Assembly: GCA_013239625.1 (NCBI GenBank)
Contig: MU053216.1
Coordinates: 932,001-996,000, forward strand
Direction of reading: 5' to 3'
Length of the DNA: 64,000 bases
Source: Lama guanicoe
Lineage: Eukaryota
The translations under genes and the position numbers were made by a program. Of the stretch, positions 13,153 through 24,619 are shown piece by piece; position 1 is the stretch's first letter, and each line of letters begins with the position of its first letter. The notes under the pieces were generated by a model that made no database searches, had not been told where the DNA came from, and saw only the letters and a program-made list of their open reading frames with translations.

Positions 13153-14924
13153 CTCGGTTCCTTTCCACACTGCCCAGCTCATGAGTGTGCTAACAGCTCA
13201 GTGAAGCCTCCCCGACCCCTGCAGGGGAGGGTCCCCGCCTGAGCCCCCAGTGCCCCGGCCTGCACCGGCCTCCCGCAGAACGTGCGTTGCACACCTCTCC
13301 CCTCCCCCTGGGAATCGCGACTCCTCGTGCTGCTCGGATGACGGGGTGGGGGTCCTGGGGACAGAACCTTCGCCCCTGAGGAGAGGGGTCCTGAGCCAAA
13401 CAAGCTTCTACTCCCTTCAGAGTGCCCAGGGACACTTTTGGCTTCTCCGCTAAGAACCCGGGATGTCTCAAATGAGAGTCAGAAGACTTAAGTATCGAGT
13501 GGTGCTAGTGGAAAAGGGTTGTCCAAGTGGGGGCTTACCCACCTTCAGTGAAGGGCCGCTTAGGCTGGGAGGCCCGGGCGGGTGTACTTCACAAGTCCAC
13601 CGGCGGGTGGCAGCCTCGCCCCCGGTCGAGTCGGGGAAGCGCTCACCCTGCACCTCCCCAGGCCGGGCTCGGGGGCGCTGCGGAGCAGAGCGAGCCGCAG
13701 CCCTGCCCCGGGCCTCCCGCCAGTGAGCGCCGCGCCTCCTGTGCTCGTCTGGGTTGTCGTCCAGCCCCTTCTTCCATCTCGGGTCTCGTTTCTTACGACC
13801 CCCCTGACGGGACAGAAGTCAGAGGTCTACATCATTGCCGAGGCCCTGCGGTCTGGCCAGATGACCACAGAGGAGGCTGGAGCAGCAACGGCGAGCAGGG
13901 TGAGACGTGCTTTAAAGCAAGAGGGAACCGGGCGCATCAGGAGCAAAGGGGCTGCGGTCACCCGCGTGGGTCTGCGAGAGCCTCTCCCAGAGCTGCCGGC
14001 TGCTCCTTCCCCTCCGCCCACGGCGACCTGAGTGCCACCCCGAAGCCAGGCCTGTGTGGACCAGCAGGCCACAGAGGGCGCGGCGGAAGTGGCCCCACAG
14101 CCATGGGGCAGTGGAGGGCGGGGACGGGGAAGTGGTCATTGAAAAGCTATCCAGCCTGTTCCGCAACACCCCGAGGTCTAGCCCTGGGCCTCCCCCAGGA
14201 GTCTCGGAATCGCCCCTCCAGCTCCCTGGAACATTCTTCGTGCTTCACAGTGTAAAGGGCACCAGGCCTCCTGAAGAGGAGCCCCGCGGTACCCCCATCG
14301 CTTCCTAACACAGGTCTACTCCTTTCTTTCCTCCGAGCACTTTATCCTCCTGACACTTACACACGGACTTCCAGCCCTTGCCTTCGCCTTTGGCCCTCAG
14401 GCTAGGCCCATCTCTCCTGCAGACCCTAGGAGGCTCTGGGACTCCTCGGGAACCTGAGGATCCAGGCCACAGCCCCCTTGTCATAGCCTCAGGACTGCAG
14501 AGCCGGATCCAGGGAGACCCAGAGCTGGGAAGGACCTTAGAGCCCCCACCCCAGGCCCTCACAGCCCGAAGTCCTCCGAGGCTGGCAGGCCACATTCCCC
14601 AAGAACCTCCGTTTCTCTTATTGTAAGTCATTTTCAATTTTATCTTTTTATTAAAACAAACAACAGGTATCTGCAAAGGAGGAGGCAAAACCGAAACATT
14701 TTTTGACAATAAAACCGAAGACTTCAGATCCCTGGGAGCGGGCTGACCTAGTCCAAGCCGGCACTGCACACACGAGGAGAAGTGGGGCCTGGATCCTGGT
14801 CGCATGGGCACCTCACGTCCCTAAGAGGGGGTGAAAATGGTCCTCGACATCCAGCCACGGAGACGGCTGTGAAGGGCCTGGCGGGCGGCTAGCGCTCAGT
14901 GGTTATTTGTCAGCACTGATGTCA

Positions 14925-15390
14925 TTTATCCAGCTTTATGGAGATGTAGCTGACACACAGCGCTGTGCAAGTGTCAGGGGCACAGCATGATGACCTGACT
15001 TAGGTGCACCATGAAATGATGACCACAGTGAGTCTAGTGAATGTCCATCCACTCATGGAGACACCACATTAAAGAGAGAGAGAACTGTTTCCCTTGTGGC
15101 GAGAACTCAGGATTTACTCCCGACAGCTCTCACCTGCAGCACACAGCAGCGCTGATCATCTCGCCCGCGCCATACCTCGCATCACTTGTACCTGGCAGTC
15201 TGCGCCCCTGACTGCCCTCCTCCCGTCCCCTCCCTGTGCCCCCTCTCTGGGAACCACACATCTGGTCTCTTATCAGCTTCTCTGTTCGTTTGGGGAAGTG
15301 TAATCGGCCTATGGCGCTACGTTAGTTCTGGTGCACAACACGCGATTCGATGTCTCCATGCACCTCAAAGGCATCCCCGTGACCAGCACA
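14925..15390 (-). mobile_element. L1 3'-end fragment
   Basis: ccagctttatggagatgtagctgacacacagcgctgtgcaagt...gagaactcaggatttactc...ctctgggaaccac. Confidence 0.65.
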
Positions 15391-15849
15391 GTTGTGGTTA
15401 CTGTTATTCTAGGTTATCGATGGGGGAGCTGAGACTCCCAACGCCAGCTCTGCCCCGGCTCCCTTCAAGCCTCGCGGCCTGGCCACCCAAGGGCCCTGCT
15501 GTTTTCTCGGGTCTGGATCAGCGGTGGCTGTGACTACCCCTGGGACGTGCGGACAACGTTTTCATCTGTGTCTTTCCTCCTGGACCCTCAGGTTCCCACG
15601 TGCACCTGGGCAGCTCCTGCAGAACCTCAGCCTTGTGAGAACTGGGGGCCTGGCCCTGCCTGGTCCAGGGGCGGTGGCGTGGGCGCAGCCCTAAATGCCT
15701 CACCGCCACCCTCGCCTCTCTAGACCTCCTCCCCAGGCATCTCCAGGCCTCTCGGGAAGGCCAGCCTGTGCCTCCCCCCCACCCCTTGAAGCTCTCCCTC
15801 GGCCTCTGCATCCCGGGTTTTCTCCCTGCGCCTCGGTGTCCCCTGTGGG

Positions 15850-16880
15850 CTCTCTGCCACCCGCAAGGGTTGGTGTCCCCTGGGGCCCTGCTCCTGCCCC
15901 TCTCCTCAAGCCCTCTCCAGACCAAGGACCCCATGTCTCCACCCCCAGCCCTGGCCCCTCTTCTGCCCTCTGCATCCAGCTGCCTGCTGGACATGTCCAC
16001 TTGGTTCTTACTGAGCATCTCAAATCCAACAAATCTAAGACGGAATTCACCCTCCCTCCCTCTCAGATCTCCTGTCTTGGCAAGGTGCTCCTCCCTTCCT
16101 TTCTGCCGCACTCGGGAACCACCCCCGAGAAGCCACCCTGTCATCAAGTCCAGCAGATGCTGCCTCCTGAACAAGTCTCAAACCCACCACCTCCTTCCCA
16201 CCCCCGGGCTCGGCCAGCTCATCATCTTCCTGGACCATTGCAGTAGTGCCCCCATGCCTCGCCCTCTTCTCCTCGGCCATTCTCGCAAACTCATAGCATC
16301 TTCCCAAAATGCTTTGAAACTGACCTCACCATTTCCCTGCCTAGGATGCTCCAAGGCTCCCACTGCCCTCAGGACAGTCCACCCTCCTTCGGGTGGCGGA
16401 CAACAGCCACCGTGTTCTTCTGGTCCCCGCCTACCTGCCAGCCTGTCTCTCACGGTGCTTTGTCGTTTGCCCCAGGTGTCAGCTCTGCCGGTGCGCCTGC
16501 AGTTCCCTGGCTGAGCGAAGCTGACCCAGGCTCTTGCCCCTTCTCCTTCCATCTTGGCCAATTCTCGCTCATCTTCCAAGACTCCATTCCTATCTCATTT
16601 CTCTGTGAAAACTTCCTGACCCCGTGTCCTCCCCCAGGGAGGAGAATTAAGCACTGGTCCTTGGTCTACGTGCTGCCCTCTACAGCCCTTCCTTCACGCC
16701 CCTGAAAGACAGGGGGGCCTGATACTGGTTTACCCACTAGTTTGTAAGCTCCTTGAAGGTGGCTCCAAATCCTATTCTCCCTCATGTCCCCAGCACCAGA
16801 GTACAAGACTGGCACAGAGCAGGACCTCAATAAATGTCTGCTGAAAGGATGGGCAGAGGGACAGATGGAGGGACAAATGA
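15850..16880 (+). mobile_element. L2 LINE 3' portion
   Basis: tccagctgcctgctggacatgtccacttgg...catctcaaatccaac; 3' end tgtaagctccttgaagg...ctggcacagagcaggacctcaataaatgtctgctgaa. Confidence 0.8.
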
Positions 16881-19199
16881 GAAGTGCCCGGCCAGCCTGG
16901 CCCTCTGGGCTCTCTGGGACAGTGCACAGAGCAGAGCCAGCCACATCCCTCACTTCCCACCCCAGCCTCACACTCACGTTCCCCTACCTGGGATCCAGGA
17001 AGAGAGAGACTACTTCACAGCAGGAAGGGAGAGAGAAGCCGAAGTCAGGGTGCTGAGGAGGGAGGAGGAGCAGGGGGCAGCAGGGAAGCTGGGGGCTGGA
17101 GGGCAGGAGCCACCTGCCTGCCCGGGGTACTCTCTGCTGCACACCGGGAGTCAGGAACCAGCCCAGAGGCACTGCGCTGAGCGCGGAGAGCAGATGAGGG
17201 TCCTGGAAAGTTTAGACATTTAGGGAAGTCCAGAGAAGCAGCCCGGCCCCTGTGAGTGCCGGGCCTCCATCCAGAAGCCCTGCGTCTGGAGAACCTCCTG
17301 GTGGTGACCTCTGGCTGCGGTCCAGGTGAGGAGGGGTGGGTTGCCGCGGGCGGAGCCAGCCTGGGCACAGGTATGTAACTGAGGTCAGCCAGAACGAGCG
17401 TCTCTGTCCCCGGTTTCCGCATGCGTGACATCCCCCGTGTGCTGCATGACGGGCTCCCGGCCCCTCCGTGATGTCAGCATCGCCTGCCTGTCTGCACGGT
17501 TGATGACCCCGGCACACCTGTGACTCACTTCAGCCCCAAGTCCTTGGAGACCCCCTGAGTCGTCTTCATCGGCAAACAGGCGATCCGAGATACAAGCCCA
17601 AGGCCGAACGGTTGGCGGCAGGCAGGCAGGGCCTCCGTGGCTTCCTCCGTCTCCACGCCTGTCTCCACCGCTCCAGAGACAGGCGCCATGCCGCAGTCTT
17701 TAGGCAGACACGAGGGTGACCGTGCGGCCTGGTCTGCCTGGGACGGTCCTTCTGCCTTAGTGTCGTGCCAGCACTGTCCCATCCAAACTCGGAAGCCCTG
17801 CCAGCGGAAGCCCTTCCACTGCCACTCCATCCACAAGGTGCTCGAAGGGCCTCCCGGCGAATCCAGGTGCAGCTGCCTTTTTCTAGGCCTTCCCCGAGGA
17901 TTAGAAGGTGAACCTTATTCCTGGAAGAGGGTTGACTCAGTAACCCAGGGCTTCAGATGAAGTCTGTGAGGGCCGGAGCCCTTGACGCCCGCCTGTGCTG
18001 GAGGGGGCAGGAGCTGCAGCGATGGGTGAACTGCGGGGGCAGCGAGCGGCTGCCAGCAGACCCCCAGGAGCTGCCCCAGGAGCCGTGCTGGGCAGAAGGG
18101 GGCTTCCTTCTCACGGAGATGCTGGAGAAAGTGGCACAGACACCACGCCACGCACGCCACCGCAGCGCCGTGTGTCCCCAACATCCTACGAGTGTGCTTT
18201 GTGCCCCACTCGGTCTGCACTCAGTGCAAACGCTGTGATTCAACGCAGAGGACAGGAGAGACCACCAGCCCTCAGTTCCCTTCTGGCTTCGAAAGGCAGC
18301 GAGCAAGCCACCAAGGCCACAAACGAGGAGAAGGGGCTCTGTGCCCCGAGGCTCTCCCACCCCGGGAACACCAGTTTCTCAGACTCGCACGTTCCTCCGG
18401 GTCCAGATCCACCAGGCCCAAAGGGCGGGCGCCTTAAGCGGGGCAGGTAGGACCGCTGGGGGAGGAAATGGCACCTTCCGTTAGGACCTGGCTCCTCTGT
18501 TCCCCATCTGGGCCCTGCCTCCCCGGGGACCGCCTTCTCCGTCGGCGCACTGGGTTCCTGGGCTGTTCCTGCCTCCAGGAAAGAGGTGGAGGCTCCACCC
18601 TGACCTTGGCGGCAGTTCCTCCAGGTGGAGCGTCTCCACTCTCCGAAATGGGGCAGCAGGCGCCGGCTGGGGAAGGGCTGGGAGCTGGTAAGGGCGGCTC
18701 ACCACTGGCGACCGCCTCAGGGCAGCTCTGAGTGGCTGGAGCTTGTGTCCATCACACTGATGCTTGCAGGCCGACCGGCTTCTCAGAGCTGCTGTTTTCG
18801 TGGAGTGGGGTGTCCTCCTGTGAACAGCAGGGAAGCTCTGGGAAGGCTGAGGACCAGGGCTGTTGGAGGGGCAGCTGTACTCATCCAGAGCCACTGCTGA
18901 AGGTTTACGACTCCTATCCCGTCTCTCCTGCCCGCCCACCCCGAACATCCCTGTGGTTACACCCGCTTCCCAGATGCAGAACCTGAGGCCTAGGGGCGGG
19001 GAGTCTGGGCCAGGGGACCAGCTAGTACGCGGAAGGGGCGGGATCAGAGCTCAGGGCTGTCTTCCCCTGGCGCCCAAATGTGTCCCTGACACTCTGCCAC
19101 CAGGATGCGAAACGTGAGACTCCCCCTTCTCTTGTGTCACAAGTTTATCAGCAGTCTTTAGCTCTCAGATCACCTCTGTCTCCACCCTCGCATCCGGCT

Positions 19200-19960
19200 G
19201 CCAGGGAACCCCCACAAGTTCCGGGCACGTGTGAGACGCTGCTTCCGCAGCGGTGGGGCGCACGGGGGTCCCCGCGGCGCCGCCCGGGGTCTGGGGGCGG
19301 CGCCGCGGGGCTGCGCCGCGGCCTCGGCGCCGGTGCGGTGACATCAGCCCCGGGTGGTGACACTGGCGCTGCCGTGGTGCAGTGTGCAAAGCCCACTGGT
19401 TGGCGTGGCCGGGACACGCCCTCCCGGAGCGGAACAAAACGGGCGCGCAGCGCGCGGGCCGGACACGCCCGGCTCGGCTTGCAGAGCGCTGCCTTCGCGC
19501 CGGCCGCCCGCCGCGCGCCGCCCGCCGCCAGGTGAGTGCGTCCGGGGCCCTCCGCGCGCGTGGAGCCCCCGCCTGGCCGCCCCGCCGCGCCGGGTGGCTG
19601 CGGGGACGGTCGCAAGGAAGTGCGACCGAGGCCGGCGCGGGCCGAGGAGGGGGGCGAAGTGGCCGCGGCTCTCTGTCCAGGAGGCGCAGGGCCTCTCCCC
19701 GCCCCCGGGTCCCCGGACACAAAGGGCCCCCATGTGCCCCTGACCCGGGACGGCCCGGCTCCCCCCTCGCCTCCCCATCGCCTGCAGTTCCCCCGGCGGA
19801 ACAATCGGCGATTCTGCGCGCACTGACGCTCATTGTACCGCCAGGGGTGAGGGCATCCGTGCCACCCCCCTCCTGCCCCGGGAGAACGTGCCCGCGGGTA
19901 GGGCGGGGAACATCTGGCCTCGCCCGGCCTGGGGCGGCCGTGCCCGGGGCGCAGGTGCGA
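19200..19960 (+). promoter_or_regulatory. CSRP1: CSRP1 CpG-island promoter (no obvious TATA box, GC boxes)
   Basis: Very high GC and CpG density (e.g. gcgcgcagcgcgcgggccgg, ccgcccgccgcgcgccgcccgccgcc) around the first splice donor. Boundaries are approximate. Confidence 0.85.
19450..19531 (+). other. CSRP1: CSRP1 non-coding exon 1 (5' UTR; start approximate)
   Basis: Consensus donor CAG|GTGAGT at 19531/19532 inside the CpG island. Splicing to 29505 gives ...ccgccgccag|aATGccg with a purine at -3. Confidence 0.8.
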
Positions 19961-22046
19961 GTTTCACTCTTCCTAAACGACGAGATGGAAGCCCCCCACC
20001 CCCCTGCGCTTTGGTGCTGCGTGGGGTGGTCACCCAGGCCTGAAGGAACGCAGTGTCTGGCGGCCTCAGCCCCTGAAGCCCGGGGGCGAGAAAGGGGCCG
20101 GAGTTAGCACACTTACAGCAAGCTGCGGTGCGTTGCCCGCCAGAAACCTAGAAGTGAGCGTTTCACCTACTCTCATTCCGCTCGGCGGGTTCTGCAAACT
20201 CCTGCCCTGTGTATTGATCTAATCCAGACCTGGGTCTAGGCAGGAGCGTAGGTGGGCTCAGCCCTTCCCTTGAGGCCTGGGCTCTGGCCATCACCCCTGC
20301 TCCTGGGGGTGAATGGAGGGGCAGGCGCCTCCCAGCTGAGGGGGCTCCACCTGGGGATCCCGGCACAGCAGCTGCTCCGGGAAGTCCACCCGGCTCAGTG
20401 GGAGACTGTTGGACGGCAGACTGACCTGGTCTCCACAGCTGGAGTTGCCACTGAGTGCTTGGCTGGTCTGGGACAAGTGACTTGACCTCTTGTGCTCAGT
20501 CCCACTGAGGGGTGGTGCTGGGAATGCACTGCGCAGACCTGGGACCCAGTGGGGCTCAGCCTCCCCCCAGCCTCCCCGGAAGCTAAGGAGGCTGGAGGTG
20601 TGGCTGCCCGTCTTATCTTGGAGGGCAGGCTGGGGATTTCTCCCCAGTAGGATTTGGGGAAGGCTGCTGAGCGGCCCCTGCTGTCACTCACCTTCGGCCC
20701 CTCATGTTCAAGGTGGACACCAGTGGGGGTGGGGGGAAGGCCATCTCTTGCAGGAGGGACTGTCCTTGAGGCTGAATCCAGCCTCGTACTGCTCATGGTC
20801 TCCCAGAGAATGACCATATGCCTCAGGTGGAAATCTGGGGCAGGTCAGGGGACAGGCAGACAAGGAAGTTTAGCCCACAGAGGGTGTGCTGGGGGCCAGG
20901 GAGGGGGAGGGGCAGCACTGCCCAGTGTGGAGGGTCGAGGCGGACACAGCGGAGAGGCTGAAAGCGGGCCCGCCACCCCTGCTACGGGGCTGCTAATAAA
21001 ACAAGACAGCAGTGCGCCAGCCTCAGCCTCGGGTCTGCCGAGCGCCTGCCTTCCGGCCCAGGTGTTTTCACTTCTCATGGCAAACATTCGTGAGCTGGCA
21101 GGTCCTCCCAGCCTGGGAGTGTAGTGTTGGCACCTGGTTGGTGATCGGTAAATATTTGGTGCACGAATCGGGTAGGACTGAGCTGCCCTCCTGGACACTC
21201 ACGAACCCTGCAAATGGTTACCGGCCAGGTGTCCTCTGTGAGTGGGACTGAGGACCAGGTGAGGGAAAGGAGGCGACGTTTCTGTTCACTGTGGGTCGGC
21301 TGTGGGAAAGCCAGGCCATCATGAGAGGCTGCTGAAGTTTACACGTCTGTGAGGTGGCTGATGGTGAGAGGCTGGCTTGGTGAGGACGAAGTCTTGCGTA
21401 AACATTTCGAGGCTCTGGTGAGAATAAAGGTCACCATTTGCTGCTCCTCAGGTGTGTCGGCAAATACGGAGAGAGGCCCGAAACAGGAGGGTGAGTGTTG
21501 GGTTGGCCTTTCCCTGAGAGGATGGTAGGCAGATGCCAGGCACGGGGCCTGGCCTGCATCCTTGGCATGTGTCACCCGGGCATCTGCGCGGTAGGGACGG
21601 CTGCTCCCCATCTTACAGATGAGACACTGAGGCTCAGAGGCGGTTAGTAACTTGCTCAGAGTTGCAGCCGCCATTCAGACCCAGGCAGACGCCTTCCCGA
21701 ACCCGAGCCCCGTCCCCACGTCAGGGTTTCTCGCTCCTCTGCCACATTTCCTATTTCTGGGCCAGCTCGCCAAGGACGTGTCTGCCACTGGCGAAACACG
21801 CGCGCGCTACAAAAGACTTTACAGTGGCTTCTAAACGACTGAAGGAAGATGTGGCTCTGCCGGTGTGCACGTGGATGGAGTCAGGCTAGAACTCCTGACC
21901 TCTGGGTCGTAACCCTGCGGCCTGGCCTGGGAGGAGGGGAGCGGGTCCCAGGAGGTCTGCTTTCACCAGGTCTGATGTGTGTTTGAATTTTGGTGCCAGG
22001 TTTGCAGGAAGGAAAGGAAGCCTGGAAAAGAGCCTGCTCAAAGAAA

Positions 22047-22055
22047 ACACACACA

Positions 22056-22087
<32 letters not shown>
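22047..22087. repeat. (CA)n microsatellite, about 20 units with one interruption
   Basis: acacacacagacacacacac... Confidence 0.95.
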
Positions 22088-22088
<1 letters not shown>

Positions 22089-22608
22089 CGGGGCTGGAGG
22101 TGGGGGGGGGCTGGGTACCGGCCTCTGCCTGCGGTTCCCAGTCGTCAGGAATTCCTGTGGCCGTGACTACGCAGCACCCCAGGAATTTGTCTGACGTCAG
22201 CACTGAGCAATTCCCATGTATGGTAAGGAGCGTAAATACCGAGGCGGCTGGGGTGTCCAGTGCTCTCCGGGCCGGAGGGCAGCGTCTGACCCCTCCACAG
22301 CGGCGAGGCCAGCCCCGGCCGGCCGGGCAGCAGACCCCACCCACGCTGTGCCCGCCCCGCCTCCCCGGGCGGGGGCTCCTGGAGATGTCAGCGGCAGACA
22401 ACTTGTTTTTCTAAGGTCTAAGCACTCCTGTGTTTTGTTTTTGCCTTTTAACAGTTAATCATGAAAAATCACTCAGAGCTGTTCAGCAGGGGATAACCAA
22501 CCGTTACCCTCTCAGCTGGCTTCGTTTCAGACCAAGGCGAAGAAACTTGATCTGGTGGTTAGTCTCTGAGACCTTAGTGCATCACATAGGATTTCCTGTA
22601 ATAGTTCT

Positions 22609-22748
22609 TTTAAAATTTTTCTTATTAATTTTTATTTTTTATTGAAGTGCAGTTGATTTACAATGTTAGTTTCAGGTGGACAGCAAAGTGATTCAGTTAT
22701 GCATATGCGTACATACATATATATATTTTTCAGATTCTTTTCCATTAG
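22609..22748 (-). mobile_element. Short L1 3' end with poly-T tail
   Basis: tttttattgaagtgcagttgatttacaatgttagtttcaggtggacagcaaagtgattcagttat...ttcagattcttttccattag. Confidence 0.8.
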
Positions 22749-22942
22749 ATCTCATGTAATAGCTTTGAAATCCTGGAAATAAATCCTAGACCCCAAATTC
22801 TACTTCTGTGACCTTCGGGTTTCTGAAGTCCAAGGGCGGAGTGCTGTGCTGTAAAAGGCACTGGGGGGCAAGCACGCAGGATGGCCCGCGCCAGCTCACC
22901 ATCCACAGGCCTCGGCCTGGGCGGGGAAAGACAGAACTTACC

Positions 22943-23044
22943 GGGGAGGGCAAGCTCAGTGGTCGAGCACGTGCTTGGCATGTGCGAGGTCCTGGTTCAA
23001 TCCCCAGCACCTCCATTAAAAGTTTTAAAAAAAGAAAAGAAAAC
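22943..23044 (+). mobile_element. tRNA-derived SINE (camelid vic-1-like)
   Basis: ggggagggcaagctcagtggtcgagcacgtgcttggcatgtgcgaggtcctggttcaatccccagcacctcca plus an A-rich tail. Pol III A-box and B-box like motifs are present. Confidence 0.8.
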
Positions 23045-24609
23045 GTACAGAGCGGGAGAGAGAGCGATCCCGAATGACAGTCAGGTCTGGGGTGTGGGGT
23101 CCAGAGGGGTCGTGGCGCAGTGGTGCTTCACAGAGAGGCTGCGTCACGTGCAGGGCTTGTACCCCTGCGTCGGCCCCTCGTCCCCCCGCCAGGGAGTTAC
23201 TCTCAGAGGAGGACTGTTTCCTGGGCTCTCCGGTGTCACCTCCAAGCCTTGGGCTCCAGCCCTGAGCAGCAGGGCTCCCCCTCGCTTTCTCCTTGGCTGC
23301 CCTCCTGATGTGGGGGGTGGAGGAGGAGGCTGAGCTGCCAGTCGGAAAGGATGACAGCTCCCCTGGGTACCTGGCCAGATGCCACACGGCCAGGTAATGC
23401 TACGTAGACAAACACCTGGCAGGTCTCTAGCAGCCCCAGTGGGTGAGGACCTGAGCTTTCTGCCCCCGGGGAACAAGGGGTTGCGGAATGGGAGACATGG
23501 GGCTTTTCCACTGGAGAAATAAAGGCACGGAGTGGTTTGTCAGGTCAAACCACTGATAAGAAGGGAGGGAACTGTCCCTTAGACGCTGGTAGGCAGCAGT
23601 TGAGGTCTGAACATCCCAGAGATGGTTTCTTAAACTTGAGACATGACCACACCGGACCTGACACCTCAGCCTGACTTCCAGGCCATGCAGAGTGAACGTG
23701 GGAGTCTTGGTCTGCGTCTGCCCCGTACTCTGCTGCGTGGGAGCCCGGTCTTGGGTCTCTGCTCTCAAGACAGAGGGTCTGGAAGGAGCTGTTCATGCAA
23801 CAACCGGACAGGAAGGAGGGACAGCAGACCGAGCTAGCCACTGGCCGGGAAAGACCGTCCTGGGCTTCTAGGTCCGGCCGGCCCTGGCAGTCCTGACATC
23901 TCAGGTGAATAGCTGGCCAGACGTTTCCAGCCATTCAGCCTGGCCTCTGTCGAGATGATCAACAGCACGAAGTAGGACAAACCTGGACTCTGCAGGGGAC
24001 CCACCACAAACCCCTAGGCGGCTGGTGTGACCACAGGAGCCTGGTCACCCAGAGCAAAACACAAATGGGTGTGACATCAAGACAAGGCTCCGCCTGGGGG
24101 ACTAAACCCCAAAGGAGGGAGGGCCCCGGTCCCCCTCCTTCTCTGGGCCCACGGAGAAGGCAGGGAGTCCCAGCCCCTCTTTGGCTGGCTACGTCCCAAG
24201 CCCTGCTCCTCCCGGGCGTGGCCTGGCTGGGCAGGAGAGGGGCCGTCTGGCCCCACATCTGGCAGGAGAGGGTCGGCCTAGCGACGCCAGGCCTGGCAGT
24301 CAGGAGTGAGCACCTCGGGGGTGCCAGGCCCTGGGCCGACCTTCACACCTTCTCATCTGATCCTCAGGACAGCAGCTTAGGGCGGCAGGGGATGGTCCGA
24401 TTTGGAGACAAGCAGACCGTGGCCCAGGGAGGGAAGCAACTTCCCCAGGTCGGTCGGGTCAGCCGGGAGAGATGCGTCTGGATCCTATTTTCCTGACCTC
24501 TGAGCTCTGACCTAGGGAAGTCTTTCCTCCTGTCTCCTGCAGGGCCTGAGAAGGAGCCCGGCACCCCGCCCCCCACCCCAGCTCTGCAGGAGGCCTGAGA
24601 AGCAGGCTT

Positions 24610-24619
24610 CCTTTTAAGG
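24610..24619. promoter_or_regulatory. CArG box (SRF site) CCTTTTAAGG in CSRP1 intron 1
   Basis: Perfect CC(A/T)6GG match. Function is not shown. Confidence 0.45.

Noticed and set aside
15989..15998. Perfect p53 half-site GGACATGTCC
   Set aside because: It is a single half-site inside an L2 element with no convincing partner half-site.
1..19000. Additional genes or processed pseudogenes upstream of CSRP1
   Set aside because: None of the many short ORFs has a recognisable domain or a coherent splice structure. The region is explained by repeats and GC-rich intergenic DNA.
22943..23015. tRNA gene
   Set aside because: It has A/B boxes but a degenerate cloverleaf and an A-rich tail, so it is a SINE.
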